From the NCBI GenBank assembly GCA_043732185.1, contig JAYTHY010000056.1, positions 1 to 34,434 of the forward strand: 34,434 nt of DNA, read 5' to 3'. Positions 18,199-28,462 of the stretch are shown here, piece after piece (the stretch's first letter is position 1; every line of letters begins with the position of its first letter). The stretch comes from Fibrobacteria bacterium. GTDB lineage: Bacteria; Fibrobacterota; Fibrobacteria; UBA11236. The position numbers were made by a program, and so were the translations under genes. The notes beneath the pieces were generated by a model. The model was not told the DNA's origin, made no database searches, and saw only the letters and a program-made list of their open reading frames with translations.

Positions 18199-21084
18199 TT
18201 AGGCACCCATTCCATGACACTTTTTGAACTTGGCCCCACTTCCACACGGACAGGGATCATTGCGTCCCACGTTCTTGAAGGCAACGACTGGAGCTGCGGG
18301 GCCGCGAGTCGGCTGCATCCCATTCTGCTGGCGCGGGCGCGTGGCCGGATTTTGCATAGGAATGGAAACGTCTTCCTCTTCTTCTTCCTCGGCCTCATTT
18401 TCTTTTTCAACTTGAGGCGCGCCAGGAGCCCCCGTTGGTTCCACAGGCTTGCTGAATTGCATCTGCCGCATCCGAGCCATTTCCTGTTCACGGGCTTGAA
18501 TCATCGCTTCCTGTTGGCGGCGCAGAAAATCTGGATCGATGTGCAGAATCCTCTGCGTGACGTCCATGGCGATTCGCTCCAAGGTGGTAGCGAACATGGC
18601 AAAGCCTTCCTTCTTGTATTCCTGAAGCGGATCTTTTTGCGCATAGCCGCGAAACCGCGTAGCATCCCGCAAGTGATCCATAGCATGCAAGTGTTCACGC
18701 CAGAGATGGTCGATAACGCCAAGCAGTACCTGACGTTCGATCTCCCGCAATGTTTCTGCGCCGACGGAGCTTTCGATTTGCGCGTATTTCTGCTTGGCCA
18801 ATGCAATCACTTGGTCAACCGTGTCATCGGCGGTTTGGTAATGAAGGACATCACCCGCAATGGCATACTCAATGTCAAAGGCCCGCTTGAGCTCCCCGTA
18901 CATTTTGTCCAATTCCCAGTTCTCGGGATAATTGCCGCCCAAGGCATATTGAGATACGATTTGGTCGACGGCCTCATCGATGCGGCTTTCGATTTCGTCC
19001 TTGATCTCTTCTCCGTTTAGAATTCTGCGCCTCAGTCCGTAAATGACCGTGCGCTGCTTGTTCATCACATCGTCGTATTCGAGTAAATGTTTACGGATTT
19101 CGAAGTTCTGGCCTTCCACCCGTTTTTGTGCAGTGGCAATGGCGCGGTTTACCAGGGGATGTGAGATGACTTCGCCTTCCTCCACACCCAGGCGATCCAT
19201 GATCCGGGAGATTCGGTCGGAACCGAAGATGCGCATCAAATCGTCTTCGAGAGACAGGTAGAAACGCGATTCACCGGGATCGCCTTGTCGGCCGGACCGA
19301 CCGCGCAACTGATTGTCAATGCGCCGGCTTTCATGGCGCTCGGTTCCAAGCACATAAAGGCCACCGACATTGGTAACCCCTTCGCCCAATTGAATATCCG
19401 TACCCCGACCAGCCATATTGGTGGCGATGGTCACCTTGCCCTTGGTTCCCGCATCCTGAATGATTCCGGCCTCGCGCTGGTGATGCTTGGCATTGAGCAC
19501 TTCATGAGGGACACCGGCCTTTTGCAATATCAAGCTGAGCTCTTCCGACTTTTCAATGGAAACGGTACCCACCAGAACCGGTTGACCCTTTTCATGCCTT
19601 TCCCGGATATCATTGGCAATGGCTTCGGTTTTTTCCCGTCGCGTCTTGTAAATTAGGTCATCCTCATCTTTTCGGATCATGTTGCGGTTAGTGGGTATGA
19701 TGACAACCTTAAGTTTGTAAATGGTATAGAATTCGGTAGCTTCAGTTTCAGCCGTACCGGTCATGCCGCCAAGTTTCTTATAGAGCCGGAAAAGATTCTG
19801 GAAGGTGATGGTGGCCAGGGTCTGGTTTTCCCGCATGATGGGAACATTTTCCTTGGCTTCGATGGCCTGGTGCAGCCCTTCCGAATACCGTCGGCCTTCC
19901 ATGAGGCGACCCGTGAATTCGTCCACGATGACAACCTGGCGGTTCTTGACCATATAATCGACATCGCGCTTGAAGATAACATGCGCGCGCAGGGCTTGCT
20001 GAATATGGTGCACCCACTCGACATTAAGGTCGCCGTAAAGATTTTCGAGCCCCAGCTTATCTTCGCACACATTGACGCCTTCTTCTGTCAATGCTGTGTG
20101 CTTTTCCTTTTCGTCCAAAGTATAGTGGGTGTCTTTGACCAAATACCGCAGGACCTCATTGGCCTTTTTGTATTTGTCCGTAGATTGTTCCGCAGGCCCC
20201 GAGATGATCAAGGGTGTCCGAGCTTCATCCACTAGAATGCTATCCACTTCATCGACGATGGCATAATTCAGTTCGCGCTGCACGCAGTCGTCAATTTGAT
20301 GCGCCATATTGTCACGCAAGTAATCAAAACCAAATTCGTTATTGGTCCCATAGGTTACGTCCGCGCCATAATTCCGTTTGCGTTCTTCTTCGCTCAGCCC
20401 ATGCACAATGATACCGACGGTGAGCCCCAGGAACCTGTAAACCCGACCCATAGTCAGGGCATCGCGTTTGGCCAAGTAATCGTTAACTGTGACGACATGA
20501 ACACCTTTACTGGTCAAGCCGTTTAAATAAACGGGTAAGGTTGCGACGACGGTCTTGCCTTCGCCGGTTTTCATTTCCGCAATTTTACCCTCATGCAGAA
20601 CCATTCCACCGATCAGCTGAACATCGAAGGGACGGTAACGAAAGGGAAACCGACTTTCAGGAATCAATCGACGAACTTCTACGTAAAAAGAACCGGGAAA
20701 ATGCAGCGTATGATGCTCTGCGCCAGGCTGACCCTCTGGGCCCTCAGCCAGTTTTTCTCTCGCTTCCTTGACAAGGAGCTGGGATTGGGGCGATAGCTGA
20801 GCCACATCAAATCCCAGTTCAGGATTGAGAACGTTCAAAATACCCAGACGACGGTCCGCGGCTTCTCGGCAAACGGCAAAGGCTTCTTCCAGCAGGTCAT
20901 CGAGCGTTTTACCATCGGTTAGACGCTGTCTAAATTCCACTGTTTTGGCGACTAAATCAGCGTCATCCAAGCCTTCCAGTCCGGGTCCAAGCAAATTAAT
21001 GGCCTCCACCCTGGGTTGAAGGCGTTTGACTTCCCGATCGTGACTGGTACCGAATATTTTAGCTAGCAGGGCATTTATAAGCAT
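18199..21084 (-). CDS. secA: Preprotein translocase subunit SecA
   Basis: [89 protein letters not shown] tail [19 protein letters not shown]. Confidence 0.99.
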   Translation of the reverse strand: MLINALLAKIFGTSHDREVKRLQPRVEAINLLGPGLEGLDDADLVAKTVEFRQRLTDGKTLDDLLEEAFAVCREAADRRLGILNVLNPELGFDVAQLSPQSQLLVKEAREKLAEGPEGQPGAEHHTLHFPGSFYVEVRRLIPESRFPFRYRPFDVQLIGGMVLHEGKIAEMKTGEGKTVVATLPVYLNGLTSKGVHVVTVNDYLAKRDALTMGRVYRFLGLTVGIIVHGLSEEERKRNYGADVTYGTNNEFGFDYLRDNMAHQIDDCVQRELNYAIVDEVDSILVDEARTPLIISGPAEQSTDKYKKANEVLRYLVKDTHYTLDEKEKHTALTEEGVNVCEDKLGLENLYGDLNVEWVHHIQQALRAHVIFKRDVDYMVKNRQVVIVDEFTGRLMEGRRYSEGLHQAIEAKENVPIMRENQTLATITFQNLFRLYKKLGGMTGTAETEATEFYTIYKLKVVIIPTNRNMIRKDEDDLIYKTRREKTEAIANDIRERHEKGQPVLVGTVSIEKSEELSLILQKAGVPHEVLNAKHHQREAGIIQDAGTKGKVTIATNMAGRGTDIQLGEGVTNVGGLYVLGTERHESRRIDNQLRGRSGRQGDPGESRFYLSLEDDLMRIFGSDRISRIMDRLGVEEGEVISHPLVNRAIATAQKRVEGQNFEIRKHLLEYDDVMNKQRTVIYGLRRRILNGEEIKDEIESRIDEAVDQIVSQYALGGNYPENWELDKMYGELKRAFDIEYAIAGDVLHYQTADDTVDQVIALAKQKYAQIESSVGAETLREIERQVLLGVIDHLWREHLHAMDHLRDATRFRGYAQKDPLQEYKKEGFAMFATTLERIAMDVTQRILHIDPDFLRRQQEAMIQAREQEMARMRQMQFSKPVEPTGAPGAPQVEKENEAEEEEEEDVSIPMQNPATRPRQQNGMQPTRGPAAPVVAFKNVGRNDPCPCGSGAKFKKCHGMGA

Positions 21085-21136
21085 GTCTACAAATTATTAA
21101 AAGTAGCCGGTCATTGCACCAATCCGGGCTGGAATT

Positions 21137-24100
21137 CTAACGGACTACAGCAACTTTGCCCTTACGGAGCACCTTGGCGTTACCGGTCATAAGCGTGTAT
21201 ATATAGACCCCAGTTCCCACAGTTGTTCCCGCGCGGTTCTGCAAGTCCCAGTCTAGACTGCTGAATACCTCCGAATTGGCGCCAGCCCTAGCCATTGCCG
21301 ACCCATCACGTGAGGCGTACACCAAGTCGCCCGTCATGGTATGGATGCGTAAAGTAACGGCTTGACCGGGCACAAAGCCGGTTAAAGTATTGACGTTCTT
21401 AAAGGTGATGTTGCCCTTATCACGGTGCCTGACATCAGAAAATCTAAAGGGATTTGGGTAAATGTAGAAGTCCTGATAGCCGGTCATAAAGGAAAAAGAA
21501 TAGGCGTCAGCGGAATCGACTCGGGAATAAAGCCAATCCGGGAAATAATTACCATTTCCATCCAAGGAAAGACCTGAAGTGTCCATCAGTGCACCAGTTA
21601 ATATTATGGTCACCGTATCCTTAGCCGGAAAGTGTGGCCGCGTTTTAAATACCAAGGTGGAATCCCCATTCTCCAGCGCCAGAAAAAGGAAGTCGTACCT
21701 TTTTTTGCCCATAAATGCCGACGTGATGCGTATCGCGTTATTGGAGTCGCCTTCCGTGGTTTTTAAATCGAGATGAGTCAGCGAGTCCACGCCCCATGGA
21801 GGTTTTTGGGCCAGCTTTCGATTGAAGCGAATTCGCATCGGTTGATCTTGCTTCCAGCCAGTGACTCCTGGAGCCGGTTGGCTTTCCGTCACGCGAAAAA
21901 ATCCGGTATCAACTTTGGCCTCAAACACAGCTGAAAACTTTTCCAACGACCGATCCAGTTTAAGGTCCAGGCTGTTTCCGGCCAAATCCGTTATTTGATT
22001 GGAAACCCGAATATGAATTACGTCCCTGTAAATGAAATAGCCAGGTGCAGGCTGCACACGCATCGAATCCGATTTTCGATCGTATCTGGGTGTAAAAACC
22101 AGGCTATCGGCAAGCGAATCCGCGACTGCGGTGATTTTGCCTAAACCCTTGGATTTCAAACGATAGGAAAAGGTACCGGCAATCGGATGGTAGCCGGAAG
22201 GATTCTTAAGGCTATCCAAAAGTGAATAAATTTGAAAAACGCTATCCGGTTCCTTTATTTTGACGCGTTCATTAAAACTGAATACCAGATTGGATCGAGC
22301 TGGTACTAATGCGGGCAGACCTGCGGCATTGAATCCATTGCCACTACCGGCAGCTGCGGCTCCCGGAATGCCGATGCGCAGCAAAGGAAGGTCGTCGTAT
22401 TTTATTTGAAAAGGGATTTTAAAAACCGGATTGGAAAAGTCCGAAGTGCGCACGACCAAAGTATCGGAAAGTGTGGAGTCACCGCGAAGGGAATCACTGA
22501 AAAAGGTAAATTTAAAACCCAGCTTTCCCTCGGCATCTATAAAAAGCGGGTTCCCGTTTGTGATCAAATTATCGGTTGTCCGACCTGTGAATCCTAGGTC
22601 ATTCCCCACCGATCCAGATAGCCATTCCAGTTTGAAATTCAGCCACTTCCGGTCGTTGTTTTTTGTAGAGACGGCTAGTATCTGCAATGGGATGTTGCCC
22701 GTATTTGTGATTTCAATTTTGACGGTGGTGTCGCGAATCTTGGCGCCCAGAACAAAGCGGAGTTCCTTGCCGTTCAAAGCTTTGGCTGCGTCTGCCATGC
22801 CCGCCGTGTCAGCGATAGAAAATTCCAGTTTAACCTTTCGCTCGATAAAAGCGCCGGAAATGTCGACAGCTCGTAGGGTGAGGAATTGCTCCGGCACACC
22901 AGGCGGAAAAGTATGTGTAAAGGTCTTCCCCAGCATGGAATCCGTTTGGGTATAACAGGTCAAGTTACCACTGGGTGTGCAACCGGCCATGGGCACCCAA
23001 GTTGCCCAGAATAGCCTAAGCGAGTCCCCCAGCGGTATATCCTGATCAGAGATTCCAGCATCGAGTGTAGTTGGCAGACCTGCCGGCAGGGCCAGGGTGG
23101 AATCGGAGCCGAAGTTCGTGATCTTATCGAACCGACCCACTTTGAGGGAGTCTCGGATGAGATAGGTGGAGTCACCCATTTTGAATGAATAATGTCGAAC
23201 GGAATCGATGCCTGGTTTACGATTTGGGCGGACCAGAAACTTAAATGAAACAATGGAATCCTTGTCACGGATAGTAAATTTGAGGGTATCGATTAGAGGG
23301 GCTACAGTATCCACCGGGAACTTGATGAACTGAACATCCGTTTTTGAAATTTTTTTCGCATGATTGTTTAAAGAATCGGAATTCTTCCACCAGAGACTGG
23401 TCAGGCTGTCGTCATTGGAATCCGTATAGGTCCCCTTGATGGTAAGCGTATCCTTGGCCTGCACCAAAATCATCTCTTGAGGTAAGGGAATTAAGGAATC
23501 CGTACCGCCGCCACGAGGAACATAGATCCGAGACGAATCACGACCTCCATTCCGGAAGACCTGAAGTGTTTGGGTGGGCGGAGAGTTTTTATGCTTCAAA
23601 AGAAAGGTAACGGGCGCGCTGCTCCAGCCTTTATCGTCTAAGGCAACGATCGTGAGTGGCAATGGATCGGGGATGGTATCAAGTGGCTTCAAGGCAATGG
23701 CAACGGAGAATTTCCCTGGTGATTTACGGATCCCGGCAACTGATTTTAGAAGTGTTTTTCCAATGGAAACGCGAAAATCCAGGGTGGAATCATCGAGATC
23801 AAAAGCGGAACATACAAGCCGTAAGGAATCTTTTCGCGGTCGCAAAATATACAGCGCATTGGAATCAAAATGAACCATGGGAACACTGCCGACTTTTATG
23901 GAATCCAACACCAAGTTGCGTGGTTTGACATTCATTTTGATGTTCAAACTCAAAAGTTTTGGAGTGGTTCGGTTTGTTATTAATGTATCCACCGAGGAAT
24001 TGGTTTTAAGCAGTACACGGTATCTGTAAAATCCAGTTGAGGTAACCTTATGTGTCAACAACGGTAAATAAACGGCTCCGGCTCCTAGTGTGGCGCTATC

Positions 24101-25753
24101 GGAAGCAATGGCCAATTGCAAGCCAGTATTGGCGCTATCGCTACCTACACCGTTCATGGAAAGAAAATCGGCGGAATCGGAATTCGGATCAAACACAGAG
24201 CTGGGTATGGCGGGATTTTCTACGCGGAAAATCTTGCTTACAAATTCCGCGGAATCGTAATAAATGGAGGTATTGCTTACCATAGCCACTTTAGACGAGC
24301 CGCCACTATCGTACGCTGCAACGATATTCCCTTTGTCATCCATGGCTACACTTGCCGATTTGAAATAATGATACTGGTACCAGAGGCCATTGGTGGGTGC
24401 TCCAAAAGCCACATTTTCAGATGCAAAATCCAAGTCCACGCGTCCGGCCAATGTATAAGTGCCACCGGTTTTGGAAAGAATGCTTCCTTTTAAACGCTGG
24501 GAATAATTTGTGTTCCCTCTTTTAAACCAGGTTACTACAACCCGGTCCGCAGTCGAGGCTAGGTCCGGGAACATATAATGATATGGCGCTGCATCTCCTA
24601 CCGGAGTCAGTGGAGCACTTTCTGCCGAAACCGTGGGCGTTCCTGACAAGGAAAGTTCCCGGAAATACAGCAGGGTATTGGCGCCGGTTGTGCGACCATA
24701 CGTGAACAAGAAATTATTCTTGCACTGACTGGTGATCGCAAAGGGGCGGTAGAGGTGCTCCAAGGCGAGAGTGTCTCGACTAAAAATATTAGTCTGAATC
24801 ATGGTAGGTCCGAAAATAACTGTATGCGACGGATCATAAGCCGTTAACCAAAGATTACTTGAGGATACTGGACTGGTTTTGGCGATTTCCTGTCGCCATA
24901 ATACCGCCGTATTACCCAGCGAATCCATTGCTACGGCAAAATCTTCGGGAATGACGGCAGCCACAACGGTAGGGGAAACTTCCGTGGTCACTGCATCAAT
25001 ATTTTCCCAGCGTACCTCAAATTTGCCAGCCGGATACGCTCCTGGAGTTTCATATGCCAGGGCAAACCGGTTGCCACCCGAATTGGGTTGAAGGGCCGCA
25101 GAAACTTTGCCAAGCCCACCTGATGCCACGGGAATGGCTGGTGCCAGTGGAATATTTACGCCCCAATTTCCAAATGCAATTCCAGACGTAGCCTCCTTGT
25201 GAGAGGACCGACGAATGGGTCCACCCAAAACATTAGAACCCCAATAGGCAGCGTATTTGTTTCCTTCTCCGGAAAAATTCAAATAGATAGGCGATTGGTA
25301 ACCCATTACTTCATTTAACCCAATAACGGTTGATGCTGTGTCAACCCATAGTGTGTCAGGGCTGAGATCAATGTTTCGAGTAACAACGTTGGCAAGCAGC
25401 GAACTGGCCGCATTGGTGGGAGTATGCGCAAATTGATAAGAAAGGTACGCCACTTTAAATTTATACTGACCGGTTGACGTGGCCACCGCCCCGGCTGCGG
25501 CCACACCGTTATTACTCGCTACCGATCCCTTATTTAATTTATCCGTTCGCACATTTCGATATTTGTGGGTCTGGGCATTGATAAGAAGTGAGTCACTCCA
25601 TCCCAGATCAAGCTTTGCTGTGTCGAGCGCCGAGCCAGAAAAATCCAGTCGAAATTTGGTAACCGAATGTTCAAGGGCATAGGTGGAGACAATGGTTCCC
25701 GGCCATATGAACAATACTATTCGTAGGAGTTTGCGGCTGAAAGGCAGCTTCAA
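21137..25753 (-). CDS. Giant secreted propeller/Ig-like surface protein (1538 aa) with T9SS/FlgD-Ig-like C-terminal domain
   Basis: Sec signal; propeller-like repeats (AVAMDSLGNTAVLW, SVAMDDKGNIVAAY); Ig-like repeats; ASH-like segment (ITNTGNIPLQI...VRTSDFSNP); two Big_5/SbsA-like units (FSFNERV...ITDLAGNSL; IRFNRKL...LMDTSGLSL); C-terminal YIYPNPF...WDLQNRAG...GTGVYIY. Start overlaps the fliJ stop (ATGA). Confidence 0.8.
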   Translation of the reverse strand: MKLPFSRKLLRIVLFIWPGTIVSTYALEHSVTKFRLDFSGSALDTAKLDLGWSDSLLINAQTHKYRNVRTDKLNKGSVASNNGVAAAGAVATSTGQYKFKVAYLSYQFAHTPTNAASSLLANVVTRNIDLSPDTLWVDTASTVIGLNEVMGYQSPIYLNFSGEGNKYAAYWGSNVLGGPIRRSSHKEATSGIAFGNWGVNIPLAPAIPVASGGLGKVSAALQPNSGGNRFALAYETPGAYPAGKFEVRWENIDAVTTEVSPTVVAAVIPEDFAVAMDSLGNTAVLWRQEIAKTSPVSSSNLWLTAYDPSHTVIFGPTMIQTNIFSRDTLALEHLYRPFAITSQCKNNFLFTYGRTTGANTLLYFRELSLSGTPTVSAESAPLTPVGDAAPYHYMFPDLASTADRVVVTWFKRGNTNYSQRLKGSILSKTGGTYTLAGRVDLDFASENVAFGAPTNGLWYQYHYFKSASVAMDDKGNIVAAYDSGGSSKVAMVSNTSIYYDSAEFVSKIFRVENPAIPSSVFDPNSDSADFLSMNGVGSDSANTGLQLAIASDSATLGAGAVYLPLLTHKVTSTGFYRYRVLLKTNSSVDTLITNRTTPKLLSLNIKMNVKPRNLVLDSIKVGSVPMVHFDSNALYILRPRKDSLRLVCSAFDLDDSTLDFRVSIGKTLLKSVAGIRKSPGKFSVAIALKPLDTIPDPLPLTIVALDDKGWSSAPVTFLLKHKNSPPTQTLQVFRNGGRDSSRIYVPRGGGTDSLIPLPQEMILVQAKDTLTIKGTYTDSNDDSLTSLWWKNSDSLNNHAKKISKTDVQFIKFPVDTVAPLIDTLKFTIRDKDSIVSFKFLVRPNRKPGIDSVRHYSFKMGDSTYLIRDSLKVGRFDKITNFGSDSTLALPAGLPTTLDAGISDQDIPLGDSLRLFWATWVPMAGCTPSGNLTCYTQTDSMLGKTFTHTFPPGVPEQFLTLRAVDISGAFIERKVKLEFSIADTAGMADAAKALNGKELRFVLGAKIRDTTVKIEITNTGNIPLQILAVSTKNNDRKWLNFKLEWLSGSVGNDLGFTGRTTDNLITNGNPLFIDAEGKLGFKFTFFSDSLRGDSTLSDTLVVRTSDFSNPVFKIPFQIKYDDLPLLRIGIPGAAAAGSGNGFNAAGLPALVPARSNLVFSFNERVKIKEPDSVFQIYSLLDSLKNPSGYHPIAGTFSYRLKSKGLGKITAVADSLADSLVFTPRYDRKSDSMRVQPAPGYFIYRDVIHIRVSNQITDLAGNSLDLKLDRSLEKFSAVFEAKVDTGFFRVTESQPAPGVTGWKQDQPMRIRFNRKLAQKPPWGVDSLTHLDLKTTEGDSNNAIRITSAFMGKKRYDFLFLALENGDSTLVFKTRPHFPAKDTVTIILTGALMDTSGLSLDGNGNYFPDWLYSRVDSADAYSFSFMTGYQDFYIYPNPFRFSDVRHRDKGNITFKNVNTLTGFVPGQAVTLRIHTMTGDLVYASRDGSAMARAGANSEVFSSLDWDLQNRAGTTVGTGVYIYTLMTGNAKVLRKGKVAVVR

Positions 25754-26229
25754 TTTTCTGGGATTCCTTCCATGTCCAAATTGCGTTCCAAATTCCTGAC
25801 AAGAAATCCGGCAGACGATTCATCCAAGTTTCCATATTCAAAGCGGTTACGCATTATCTTGTATTCATCCGCCTTGCGGTCGCGCAATTTTTCCATAACT
25901 TTGCGTTCCTGCATTGCTTTCAATAACAGGTCGGATTTCTCCTTTAGCTTGACGCCTTGGGCTGCGATCTCTCCTTCCTGGCCTTCGATCAACGACCCCA
26001 TAAACTGTGCGTATTGAATGATACCAAGCCGATTTCGATAGTCAATTTCCGTTGGCAATGCCTCCACACCTGAATTCAAGACTTCGCTTCGGTCCTCTTG
26101 CAGCTCACGCAGGCGCAGCTTGAGAACCTCCAAGGCCTGAACCTCTATTGCCATGGCCTTTTTGGCCGCCTCTTCCCGCCACAGTTTCATGCGAAGTACT
26201 TGGGCCATATTAAATTTGAAGGATTTCAC
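25750..26229 (-). CDS. fliJ: Flagellar export protein FliJ
   Basis: MKSFKFNMAQVLRMK...EE, coiled coil, ERKVMEKLR...LDE; directly after fliI. Confidence 0.88.
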   Translation of the reverse strand: MKSFKFNMAQVLRMKLWREEAAKKAMAIEVQALEVLKLRLRELQEDRSEVLNSGVEALPTEIDYRNRLGIIQYAQFMGSLIEGQEGEIAAQGVKLKEKSDLLLKAMQERKVMEKLRDRKADEYKIMRNRFEYGNLDESSAGFLVRNLERNLDMEGIPEN

Positions 26230-27548
26230 TTGACCGTGCTTGCCAAGGCAGCCAGCTTTTCCAAAGTGACGGAATACTCACTGCGGTCTTCTATTTCCTG
26301 AATCAGAAATTTATCGATTTCGGCGTGTACGGCAATGGCCTGATCCAGCAATGGATTAGAACCTCTTACATAAGCGCCAAGATTGACCATGTCTTCCGCA
26401 TCAGCATAAATAGCCATGGCATTAAGTAGCTTGCCGATACCGGTCCGATGATCTTTTTCGGTTACATCATTCATGCAACGACTCACGCTTTGCAGCACGT
26501 CGATGGCGGGAAAATGATTGCGATGCGCCAAGGATCGTGAAAGTACAATATGCCCATCCAATACCGAACGAACAGCATCGGCGATGGGTTCGTCCATATC
26601 ATCACCTTCCACTAGTACGGTATAAATGGCGGTGATAGAACCACGCTTTCCCATCCCCGCACGTTCGAAAAGTCTAGGTAAAAATGCAAAAACTGAAGGG
26701 GTGTATCCACGAGTGGAAGGTGGCTCACCTATAGCTAGTCCTATTTCGCGCTGAGCCATGGCTAGACGGGTAGATGAATCCATCATCAACATGACATCGC
26801 TTCCTTGATCGCGAAAATATTCTGCTGCCGTAGTTGCCACTTGTGCAGCTTTTAGCCTCACAAGTGCTGGCTGATCGGACGTCGCCACTACCACTACGGA
26901 ACGCGCCAGACCTTTTTCTCCCAAATCCTTTTCTAGAAATTCTTTTACCTCACGTCCACGTTCCCCGATTAATGCGATAACATTGACGGCGCTCTGGCAG
27001 TTGCGGGCTATCATACCCAGCAGCACCGACTTACCCACACCGGAACCCGAAAAAAGTCCCACACGTTGGCCCTTACCAATGGTTTTGAAACCGTCTAAGG
27101 CGCGGATTCCCGTCATCATAGGCTCAATGATCCGTCGTCGATCCAGAGGATTAGGAGGATCATTATTAATGTTACCGGTTTCGGAGAAAAGAATGGGGCC
27201 TTTTCCATCAATCGGCTCGCCAAGCCCATTGATAACCCGCCCAAGCAATTGAGGTCCAACTCCTACGCTGAACATGCGGCCCGTCGCCATGACTTCCATA
27301 CCTGGCCGCAAACCATCCAATTGACCAAGCGCCATGAGCTGTGTGGTTTTGCGGCGAAAGCCAACTACTTCAGCCTGCCCCACCAAGCGCTGACCATCAT
27401 ATACCTGGCAGATTTCACCCAGACTAGCGGATAGCCCCGAGCTTTCCATAACCAGGCCAATAACCTGGACAATTTTTGCACGAATCGGCGTTAAACACAT
27501 GTCCTTTAAGGCCCGAGAATAAGGGGCAAAACAGGATTCTTGATTCAA
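26226..27548 (-). CDS. fliI: Flagellar export ATPase FliI
   Basis: GQRVGLFSGSGVGKS (Walker A), ALIGERGREV, MMDSSTR, AQREIGLAIGEPP, LDGHIVLSR. Confidence 0.97.
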   Translation of the reverse strand: MNQESCFAPYSRALKDMCLTPIRAKIVQVIGLVMESSGLSASLGEICQVYDGQRLVGQAEVVGFRRKTTQLMALGQLDGLRPGMEVMATGRMFSVGVGPQLLGRVINGLGEPIDGKGPILFSETGNINNDPPNPLDRRRIIEPMMTGIRALDGFKTIGKGQRVGLFSGSGVGKSVLLGMIARNCQSAVNVIALIGERGREVKEFLEKDLGEKGLARSVVVVATSDQPALVRLKAAQVATTAAEYFRDQGSDVMLMMDSSTRLAMAQREIGLAIGEPPSTRGYTPSVFAFLPRLFERAGMGKRGSITAIYTVLVEGDDMDEPIADAVRSVLDGHIVLSRSLAHRNHFPAIDVLQSVSRCMNDVTEKDHRTGIGKLLNAMAIYADAEDMVNLGAYVRGSNPLLDQAIAVHAEIDKFLIQEIEDRSEYSVTLEKLAALASTVK

Positions 27549-28462
27549 GTAAGTGGCTCGCTGGATTCCGAGGCCGCTTGTTTAGACTGGATCTTTGCCA
27601 GAAAAACTTTTTTCAATTCTTCATCAATTCTATCCGCCATCTCTTGGGCATGGGCTGCAACCGAAGTTGAATCACTTTCCACAAAGCAGCCACCTTTGGA
27701 TATTCTATCGTCAGTGACCACTTGTACATCCTTAAGACTGGCGTTGATGGGCAACCAGAAGGTCCGGTTTTCCTGCACAATTTGGAAATCCTCCGGGTTT
27801 ACTTTTATGGTTACTGTAGCCGCTTCGCCAATGGACTGGATAGCTCTTTTTAGCAAAGGCAAAATTGCTTCAATATGCCCGGCAGCCAAGGATTCAAAGA
27901 CTCGATGGATACAGCCAGAGACAAGTTCTAAGGCTTGCCCTTCAAACTCCAAAAACAATGCGGCCTTCTCACGAGCCAAACTGTCTAGCATCCCACGGGT
28001 ATTGTTTTGCAAGGATTCCAGTGATTGGGCATATTTTTCGGTAGCTTCTTGTTCGCCAGTGCGTTGCCCTTCATCACGACCCTTAGCAAAAGCAGCAATG
28101 GCGGCAGCTTCCCCGTCCTGTTGTAATTTTTTCAATGCCTGTTTATGTAAGACATCTTCCTTGCGGGCCTCCTTGGCAAGTTCCGCCAGTTTTTTTTCCT
28201 GGGAGTCCTGTTTGGGCGCAACTCTGCCTGGCATATTGAAAGCGACTAGAGGAAAATCTTTCAAAGAGCTATCTGCTACTGCCCCCCAGTCACCGGGTTT
28301 GACAACTCGAGCCGGACCGTCTGGAGCCTCATCCCCTTTAGTTCTAGAGCCACCAGTGGCCATTTCACCCTCATTGCCCACTACCCTGCTCCCGTCTCTT
28401 TTGAGTCGCATCCATGCGGATTGCATAACCGGACTTCTATCCATGTCCGATAACCTCGTCAA
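27545..28462 (-). CDS. fliH: Flagellar assembly protein FliH
   Basis: AFAKGRDEGQRTG (AxxxGxxxG repeats), IKVNPED, DDRISKGGCFVES; between fliG and fliI with 4-nt overlaps. Confidence 0.9.
   Translation of the reverse strand: MTRLSDMDRSPVMQSAWMRLKRDGSRVVGNEGEMATGGSRTKGDEAPDGPARVVKPGDWGAVADSSLKDFPLVAFNMPGRVAPKQDSQEKKLAELAKEARKEDVLHKQALKKLQQDGEAAAIAAFAKGRDEGQRTGEQEATEKYAQSLESLQNNTRGMLDSLAREKAALFLEFEGQALELVSGCIHRVFESLAAGHIEAILPLLKRAIQSIGEAATVTIKVNPEDFQIVQENRTFWLPINASLKDVQVVTDDRISKGGCFVESDSTSVAAHAQEMADRIDEELKKVFLAKIQSKQAASESSEPLT

Noticed and set aside
18043..19020. 325 aa plus-strand ORF
   Set aside because: Antisense shadow of secA/tmk with no recognisable motifs; explained by codon bias of the real gene.
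21100..21135. Hairpin between the giant Ig gene and secA as a terminator
   Set aside because: The stem is bulged and the U-tract is short and interrupted; too weak to call.
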